From: a virus
DNA length: 64,000 nucleotides
IMG/VR virus record: IMGVR_UViG_3300010412_000003
Coordinates: 1-64,000 of that record
Strand: one strand, 5' to 3'
A model generated the notes under the pieces. The model worked only from the letters and a program-made list of their open reading frames with translations, made no database searches and was not told the origin of the DNA. How positions within the stretch are numbered: the stretch's first letter is position 1; the number at the start of each line of letters is the position of its first letter. The position numbers and the translations under genes are program-made. Shown in pieces: positions 57,622-64,000 of this stretch.

Positions 57622-58179
57622 TTAACCTGACTTTGACGACATAAATATCTGTTTCCCCTTGAATGGAAGCTGACCAATTACGGAAAGTCTAGGTTGTTGA
57701 CTTGTTAGCCTATCAAAAAATAACTTTCCAACAAGACCATCAATTTCAACCCCATTAAATGTTTTTAACAACTCTGTAGTAATAACATCAACTCTTGTTT
57801 TGTAGTTGCTAAGAGTGTTCATTTTATAATGAGAATATACCTCAAGACTTACTGATACAGTTCCAACAGTTCTATTTTCTGGAAATATAACAATTGGAGA
57901 AATTCTCAAAATGCAATCTTCCCTTGTATGAACATCTGGACTTCCATCATCTATAAAAACATTATATTTACTGGAATCATCTTGACCAGCATATATCAAA
58001 CCACCTTTTTGCTCAAAAGTTAAGTTCGCATGTTTCCAAGCATCCCTATCATGATAAAAAAGAAGTTTCCAAATCATTTCATTATTCGCAACAAGATGTG
58101 AAACCATATTGTAAGCAATGCTATCGAAATGCTCATATAAGTTATACCCAATTCTTGAATCATCAACATAATCTACCAT
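57622..58179 (-). CDS. putative tail terminator/neck protein
   Basis: IWKLL.Y motif; position before tail tube. Confidence 0.55.
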   Translation of the reverse strand: MVDYVDDSRIGYNLYEHFDSIAYNMVSHLVANNEMIWKLLFYHDRDAWKHANLTFEQKGGLIYAGQDDSSKYNVFIDDGSPDVHTREDCILRISPIVIFPENRTVGTVSVSLEVYSHYKMNTLSNYKTRVDVITTELLKTFNGVEIDGLVGKLFFDRLTSQQPRLSVIGQLPFKGKQIFMSSKSG

Positions 58180-59459
58180 TACCACATACCTCTAAGTTCT
58201 ATTTCAAAATTTTTGATATGAATTCCAGAAGTACATTGAACAGTTAGAACATCATCTAAATATTTTTCTATATTATAAATGGAAAAATTATTTCCATCAA
58301 TAACATTGAATTCATAATTTTCAGATGGAACTGTTCCAGAATTTAGAACAAAAGAAAATGTGTCTGCTTGTATAGCACCATTAAGATACAAACTAGCAGA
58401 AAATACTTTTGTGTCTGTCTCAAGAACGTAATTCTGATTTGGAGAAATAACAACTTGATATTCATTTACTGGTGCTACAGTCACAGATATAGCGCATGTA
58501 TCAAAAACATATGAATTATTTGCAATTGAGCATGTAATTGTGCAACTTCCCTCAGAAACAAATGTAACTAATCCATTACTATCCACTGTTGCAATCTTTG
58601 CATCAGAAGAAGACCAAGATAATGATTTTTCAACTGTTTTTCCATTCAGTGTTACAACAGAATAGAGTTGAATTTGATCTGATGGATTTCCACTCAAAGA
58701 AGAATTTGATAACTCAAGAACATATGTGTTATCATTATATTCAGCAATTCCATTAACCAGATCATCAGTGTCTGGATTGACATAATCTGCATTTAATGTA
58801 AGAATTAAATATCCAGCCAATGTATTGCTATCAAGTGTAGACAAATTATTAAAATTTTCTATACCACCACCCATGACTCTATATGCTGTCCAATTATTCG
58901 GATTGCCAAATAAAAATCTTTGATTTGCTTGAATTGTGTTTGTATTAGAATTTAACTGTGTAGCTATTCTTAACATACCAGATGGACTAACCACTTTAGA
59001 GCCAGCAGTTGCATAGTCCCTGTTTTCCTTAATTCCATAATCAATAGCACATGGATAAGAAAAAACAGCACCATCTTCCGTTACCCACCTTAGAAGATTA
59101 TTGCACCTTCTTACAACAGCACTGGTATGAAGACTTGACTTGCTTGTAATATTTATAACAATCCAATAATTATCATCAAAAATATAATACCAACCAAGTG
59201 ACACTTGATGGTCTATGTCCTTAAATAGCAAAACCTTATAATCATCACCTTGAGGCATACCAGTTCTTCCAAAAACAACATTGTTGATTCTAACATCAAT
59301 TTCTTTATATTCACCAGATGCAAATTCAGTTTCCTCTTGTATTGTGTACCAATCAGAAGACCTATAAAATAATTCATCAACTGCCTTCTGGTATGCCTCT
59401 CTTTTTTGATCTTTTGGAGTTTGAGATAAGTAACTGTTATAAGCATCTAAATATTTCAT
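58179..59459 (-). CDS. head-tail joining protein with Ig-like domain
   Basis: RRCNN.LRW; WSSSDAKIATVD..GLVT Big_2. Confidence 0.65.
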   Translation of the reverse strand: MKYLDAYNSYLSQTPKDQKREAYQKAVDELFYRSSDWYTIQEETEFASGEYKEIDVRINNVVFGRTGMPQGDDYKVLLFKDIDHQVSLGWYYIFDDNYWIVINITSKSSLHTSAVVRRCNNLLRWVTEDGAVFSYPCAIDYGIKENRDYATAGSKVVSPSGMLRIATQLNSNTNTIQANQRFLFGNPNNWTAYRVMGGGIENFNNLSTLDSNTLAGYLILTLNADYVNPDTDDLVNGIAEYNDNTYVLELSNSSLSGNPSDQIQLYSVVTLNGKTVEKSLSWSSSDAKIATVDSNGLVTFVSEGSCTITCSIANNSYVFDTCAISVTVAPVNEYQVVISPNQNYVLETDTKVFSASLYLNGAIQADTFSFVLNSGTVPSENYEFNVIDGNNFSIYNIEKYLDDVLTVQCTSGIHIKNFEIELRGMW

Positions 59460-59461
59460 TA

Positions 59462-59920
59462 TTAAACTCCAAACTCACCACTTGCCCATGAAGACCAATC
59501 AACCTTTCTAAATTGATAATCAACAAGCATTTGCGAACATTCTTCTGTTAACATAATAAGGAAATCTTGTTTTGATTTTAAATTTTGTGCCTCAGAGTAA
59601 TGTTTGAAATCACGATCTGTAAGATTTAAATTCATTTGCAAAACATCTTTTACTTCTTTGGCTAACCAAAACTTAACCATATATTTAGATAAAATGATCT
59701 GATTCTCTTCATCCAAATCAAAGCTAAAAGTTCCATTTGCATCATCCCTGTCAGTCAAATCTTGAGTGCAGTTATGAACAAATTCACCTATTGCCAAAAC
59801 AAGAAATCCCTGTAAATATGTTTCAAAATCTGTGTCAGATAGGTTATATAAATCAACAAGCGAATAATCTTTTATTTGTTGCATAAACAGATCATATACA
59901 TCCGTATAAGGTGTTGCCAT
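59462..59920 (-). CDS. head-tail connector/adaptor
   Basis: TPYTDVYDLF, ILSKYM..W, DFK.YS.A; position after capsid genes. Confidence 0.6.
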   Translation of the reverse strand: MATPYTDVYDLFMQQIKDYSLVDLYNLSDTDFETYLQGFLVLAIGEFVHNCTQDLTDRDDANGTFSFDLDEENQIILSKYMVKFWLAKEVKDVLQMNLNLTDRDFKHYSEAQNLKSKQDFLIMLTEECSQMLVDYQFRKVDWSSWASGEFGV

Positions 59921-59959
59921 ATATATCTCCTAACTAACATATTTAAAATATGTTATATT

Positions 59960-60562
59960 TTATTCTTGTAATCTATTCTGTTTTAAATCCTCAGATGCCT
60001 CCACAAAACTAAATCCAGCTTTCTGTGAAATTGCTGAAATTAAATTCATATTCAAAACTTCACCATCTGCTAATTTATTTACAATCATGGTATGAATAAG
60101 CTCTTTTTGTCTTGGGTTTGCAGAAGCATAAATTTCTAATGCAGATGCATCAGCATTTGTATCAAAAATTTTAACAATCTGATCTTCCCCAATAATTTTT
60201 TCATAAGCTTCATAAAGACCATGTTCTCTAATTACTCTCGAATCAGCAATATAGAAAAATCCAGATTCAAGAAATCCACTATTATTTTCCATGATCAAAA
60301 CAAGATCAGAATATAAAAATTTCTTTCTTTCACCAAATCTTTTAAATGTAAAAACTTTTCCTCTGCCAAACCCCAATGTAGATAATGTTAGCTGGACAGG
60401 GCATAAGCTGATTACAGTAATATAATCATCTGGTCTAAGTTTTTCTACCTGCTGTTCCCCCTCTAATTCAAGCAAACGTGCTTGAAGTCTTTCAACCTCT
60501 TGAAGTAATTCATCCTTCTTAAGAGAAGAGAGGTTTTGTGTTTCATTTTTCGTGTTCATCAT
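59960..60562 (-). CDS. hypothetical virion-region protein
   Basis: 200-aa ORF after MCP. Confidence 0.6.
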   Translation of the reverse strand: MMNTKNETQNLSSLKKDELLQEVERLQARLLELEGEQQVEKLRPDDYITVISLCPVQLTLSTLGFGRGKVFTFKRFGERKKFLYSDLVLIMENNSGFLESGFFYIADSRVIREHGLYEAYEKIIGEDQIVKIFDTNADASALEIYASANPRQKELIHTMIVNKLADGEVLNMNLISAISQKAGFSFVEASEDLKQNRLQE

Positions 60563-60593
60563 ATCCTTTAGAATTTAAAATTTATTTTATTTT

Positions 60594-60624
60594 ATCTTGG
60601 TGGGGTTTTTCACCCCACCAAGAT
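60594..60624 (-). terminator. hairpin downstream of major capsid gene
   Basis: ATCTTGGTGGGGT/ACCCCACCAAGAT 13-bp stem. Confidence 0.6.
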
Positions 60625-60640
60625 TTGCACCTTGCAAAAA

Positions 60641-61759
60641 CTAGGCAAGCGTGATGATACCAGCCAAAGCATTTGTTGCAATAGCAGTACCCCAAGCTTT
60701 GTAAAGAGTTGCATCCTGAGTCAAATTTGCTCTGTCATACATACCAGAAACATTGCTAAGAGTTGCACCTTCAAGAACCAGTTTCACCAGTTTGTTAGCA
60801 GACGGAGACAGAACATAAACATTGTTATCATCAAGCATCAGCTTGAATTCAGTTCTCCAATCAGCAACTTGAGGCAAAGCCATTACATCATAACCAAAAG
60901 CAGTTCTGATGTAGCCGACTTTCACAAAATCGCTCTGGAAATCATAGCGATAATTTGAATCTGCTGGAAGAATGTTCTGCAAAGCAAGCTGAGTACCAGC
61001 AACAATTGCTCTCTGACCACCATTCCAAGCAGAAACCTTCTGAGCCAAAGCAACAAGGGTTGCCTGAGTGTATCCAGCATATCTCAAAGCATCATCACCA
61101 GCATTGTCAAGAGCTTCCATAGCAGTATTGAAAACAGAAAAGACATCACGAGTCACTTCGCTTTCAATTGACATAATAGCCTTGGCAACAAATTCTGCCA
61201 ACGATTCTTTTCCAGCCAAAACTTTGTAAAGAGCAACCTGAACACTGATCTGACGATTTTCAGGAAGAACAGTCACCTGTCCAGAAAATTGTTTTCTCAT
61301 TTCAGCAGTTCTCTGCGCTCTGCCAGCCTTGCTGATTACAAACAGGTCTCTTGGCTTGACTTCAAAAGAAGCACTATCACCAAAACCAATAGCTCTAACA
61401 TCAGTATACAGACCGATTGACTCGATCAGAGACTGAGGAAGAACCATATCAATCATTGCAGAAATAACTGCAAAGGTAGCCCAACGAATTGAAGGGTGAT
61501 TTGCCCACTGCTCAATTGGGAAAGCATCCAGTGTCGAAACACTGGCATGTTTCATAATTTCATTTTTAAGAGCAAGATTCATTTGCTCTTCTTTCTCAGC
61601 AAAAGAGATAGGTGTACCATCTTCTTTCACTTTCATAAATTCAACATTAGTCGCACCATTCAGTGCTTTATAATGATTCCAATAATCTTGAAACATAATA
61701 TATGGTTTCAAGCCTTCGTCACCTAATGCAAAAGTTTTAATGTTATCGGGAACTCTCAT
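60641..61759 (-). CDS. major capsid protein
   Basis: 372 aa, AGGAGG RBS, follows scaffold and decoration genes, biased codon usage. Confidence 0.75.
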   Translation of the reverse strand: MRVPDNIKTFALGDEGLKPYIMFQDYWNHYKALNGATNVEFMKVKEDGTPISFAEKEEQMNLALKNEIMKHASVSTLDAFPIEQWANHPSIRWATFAVISAMIDMVLPQSLIESIGLYTDVRAIGFGDSASFEVKPRDLFVISKAGRAQRTAEMRKQFSGQVTVLPENRQISVQVALYKVLAGKESLAEFVAKAIMSIESEVTRDVFSVFNTAMEALDNAGDDALRYAGYTQATLVALAQKVSAWNGGQRAIVAGTQLALQNILPADSNYRYDFQSDFVKVGYIRTAFGYDVMALPQVADWRTEFKLMLDDNNVYVLSPSANKLVKLVLEGATLSNVSGMYDRANLTQDATLYKAWGTAIATNALAGIITLA

Positions 61760-61816
61760 GTATAAATCCTCCTAAATCCTTCATCAATATTATATTTGTA
61801 TATATGGTAAAAACCA

Positions 61817-62350
61817 CTAAGCAATTGCTACAACTTCAAATTGGTAAGCGGTAACTCTCTGAGTTCCGATAGAACCAAGACCGATTGAAATATAGGTCGT
61901 TCCAAGCAATTTGAGGGATAGACCAGACACTGCGCTTGCACCCCAATTCAACTGATAATCGGCATTGGTTGCAACAACAAAAGTGTTGGTTGATTTAGTG
62001 CCAGTAATTACATCATCAGTTAAAGTGATAATATCACCAATCTGAGGTTTGAAGCATGAAATTGGGTCTCCAATAGCATGAGCAAAGTTACGTGGGTCAG
62101 GGTCGAGACCTCTATACTGAGCATTCGTGTCAACGATTTCAGGCGAGTATGCCATCCACAGATGAGTCAAATTAGCACCAGTTGCAGGTTGAACTGCTGT
62201 CCACATTTCAGTTTCACCTTCGCCAGTTTCTTTTCCAGAAAGAGCAAACACCATACCATTCTCAATCAGTGCGCTCGATTTTGCGGTTCTGTTCAAAGCA
62301 TCAATATTCATTGCCTGAACTTTATCTAAAACTACTACTCCATAAGCCAT
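61817..62350 (-). CDS. capsid decoration/auxiliary head protein
   Basis: IENGM motif, between scaffold and MCP. Confidence 0.6.
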   Translation of the reverse strand: MAYGVVVLDKVQAMNIDALNRTAKSSALIENGMVFALSGKETGEGETEMWTAVQPATGANLTHLWMAYSPEIVDTNAQYRGLDPDPRNFAHAIGDPISCFKPQIGDIITLTDDVITGTKSTNTFVVATNADYQLNWGASAVSGLSLKLLGTTYISIGLGSIGTQRVTAYQFEVVAIA

Positions 62351-62370
62351 AATTTAAAATCCTCCTAAAA

Positions 62371-64000
62371 TTATTTCCATAAACTTTTATGATTTTCCGA
62401 TTTGCCAGAGTCAAACGGCATACCGATTACGATAAAATCTTTATTTTTTTTATCCTTGCCAATGCTGGATTCAAATGCCATTGATCTGACATAATTTTTC
62501 CAAGCATCCAGAGTGTCAAGAGAATATTCTTGTGATTTAACACGAATCTCTGCAATCTGTTCTGATGTAAGAAATTCCGAAACTTCTGATACAATCTGCT
62601 CTACCTGAAATTCGAACTGTTTCTTTTCAACAGCTTCTTTATATTCTCGAAGCTCTTTTGCTTCTTCTTCAACAAAAACAAACTTTGCAAACAAAGAATT
62701 TACAAAACCAATCATTTCCTTAGAAATCTGTAATTCTTTTACTTCGCTTGCAACACCATCACCAACAAGTTCAAAGAGTTTTTCAGAATATTCCAAAGAT
62801 TCAAGTGTCATATAAGGTTCTTCATCTTCTTCACTCTCTTCCTTTTCTTCTTCCTTCTCTTCCTCTTCTTCCTCTGCCATTTCAGTTTCTTGAGGCTTTT
62901 CTTCCTCTTCCTCTGCCATTTCAGTTTCTTGAGGTTCTTCTTGAGGCTTTTCTTCCTCAAATTCTACGTTGGTTTCTACTGGCGTGTCTTGAGTTTCTTG
63001 AAGTTCATCCTCGGTCTCGAAGACCTTTTTCTCTTCCTTTTCCATAAAACTCATTTCCTCCGTTTTTTCTGTGGGCATATCATCAATACTATTTTTCTTT
63101 ATCCATTTCCCATTTTTTACAATGTGGGTTTTTTTGAAATTAGAAATTGCAATTGCCCATCCGTTTTTTTCGCCATCTACGCCAATTGCTTCTGCTTGCC
63201 TCGCAATTGAGTTGGCTTGAGCTAATGTAACAGGGGGTTCAATTCCCCTGATTGCTGAATTAGCCTCTTTTAAACTTTTATAAACAAACATTTTGTTAAT
63301 TTTTCCCATGTCAATGTCTCTGATTTCAGATTGTAAATCAGAAGACCATTCCATTCCAGCACTCCCCCCATGAAGAATATAATCTAAAAATTTTTCACCA
63401 TCCTCTTCAAATGGAACAGATTCAAGATTAGAAAAATACCCACTTAAATATTTTATTTTTTGTGGGGTAGCGAACTTTCTCTGTGATAAGAATTTTGCTG
63501 TGGAGACAGCAACACTCGTACCACGATAAGATTGATTTTTTCTAAGCTCCAATCCCCTTAGTGCATTTTTTTTAACTTGTTCTGGAATTGAAAAGTTCAA
63601 TCTTGAGTATTTGCTAAAAAATTCTTCCTTATCCTCTTCTTCTTGAAAGCTTAGAATTTGGACATGAGCATTTGGACTTGCTTCTGTTACATATTTTCCA
63701 AGAACAGCTATTGCAGTATATGAAAAATCAAGCATCTTTTCTAGTCCAGTTTTTTCATCTTTCTCTGTCTCGAATAATTCCATTTCAACAGAAACTTTTC
63801 TTTTATTCTCAAGGTCTCTTTTGAAAACACTCATAAATTTCCTAGAGTATCTTTTCCATATTTTTGCAATGACCATAAGACCAATTCTTCCATCTTCTAA
63901 TTCTTCAAAGCTGGCACTATTGGGAACAACAAATCCAGCAATAAATGGTTGTTTTGCATGACCTTTGAAATCTTCGAACATATCATCATAATCAAAAACA
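62371..64000 (-). CDS. prohead protease/scaffold protein (5' end beyond window)
   Basis: AKIWKRY, VSVEMEL, FSYTAIAVLG protease-like N-part; long Glu-rich coiled coil; frame open to window edge. Confidence 0.7.
   Translation of the reverse strand, partial: VFDYDDMFEDFKGHAKQPFIAGFVVPNSASFEELEDGRIGLMVIAKIWKRYSRKFMSVFKRDLENKRKVSVEMELFETEKDEKTGLEKMLDFSYTAIAVLGKYVTEASPNAHVQILSFQEEEDKEEFFSKYSRLNFSIPEQVKKNALRGLELRKNQSYRGTSVAVSTAKFLSQRKFATPQKIKYLSGYFSNLESVPFEEDGEKFLDYILHGGSAGMEWSSDLQSEIRDIDMGKINKMFVYKSLKEANSAIRGIEPPVTLAQANSIARQAEAIGVDGEKNGWAIAISNFKKTHIVKNGKWIKKNSIDDMPTEKTEEMSFMEKEEKKVFETEDELQETQDTPVETNVEFEEEKPQEEPQETEMAEEEEEKPQETEMAEEEEEEKEEEKEESEEDEEPYMTLESLEYSEKLFELVGDGVASEVKELQISKEMIGFVNSLFAKFVFVEEEAKELREYKEAVEKKQFEFQVEQIVSEVSEFLTSEQIAEIRVKSQEYSLDTLDAWKNYVRSMAFESSIGKDKKNKDFIVIGMPFDSGKSENHKSLWK
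62867..62934 (-). repeat. 39-bp-period coding tandem repeat (PQETEMAEEEE)
   Basis: TCTTCCTCTGCCATTTCAGTTTCTTGAGG at 62867 and 62906. Confidence 0.8.

Overview
AT-rich window from a large tailed dsDNA bacteriophage (siphovirus morphology; gene order resembles the SPbeta-like large phages). The left ~37 kb (+ strand) holds early/middle genes: many small hypothetical proteins, an MT-A70 methyltransferase, RNase HI, a tyrosine recombinase, a full replication block (SSB, Sak4-like AAA ATPase, DnaB helicase, primase, RecJ, DnaE, RecD2) and nucleotide metabolism (dNMP kinase, class II RNR, dUTPase, ThyX-like protein). The right ~27 kb (- strand) is the late operon (scaffold/protease, decoration, major capsid, head-tail, tail tube, second tyrosine recombinase, RusA, tape measure, Dit, Tal, fibres, GH25 endolysin and a caspase-family protease). 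The two arms converge on a bidirectional terminator near 37.03 kb. The most striking content is RNA-centred. First, a ~1.4 kb promoter-driven cluster (8.1-9.5 kb) contains an anti-Shine-Dalgarno-like small RNA, a ~190-nt multi-stem RNA with twin GUAC loops, a ~120-nt tmRNA reduced to its tRNA-like domain, a ~600-nt ornate RNA and tRNA-Arg(UCU). Second, two tandem covarying hairpin RNAs sit between a strong promoter and a putative Ro/TROVE-like-TerD gene. Third, a dispersed RNA-repair arsenal is present (RtcB, RlaP-type nucleotidyltransferase, cyclic-phosphate receiver domain, Rnl2-type ligase). All calls come from manual motif reading and hand base-pairing; no database searches were run.
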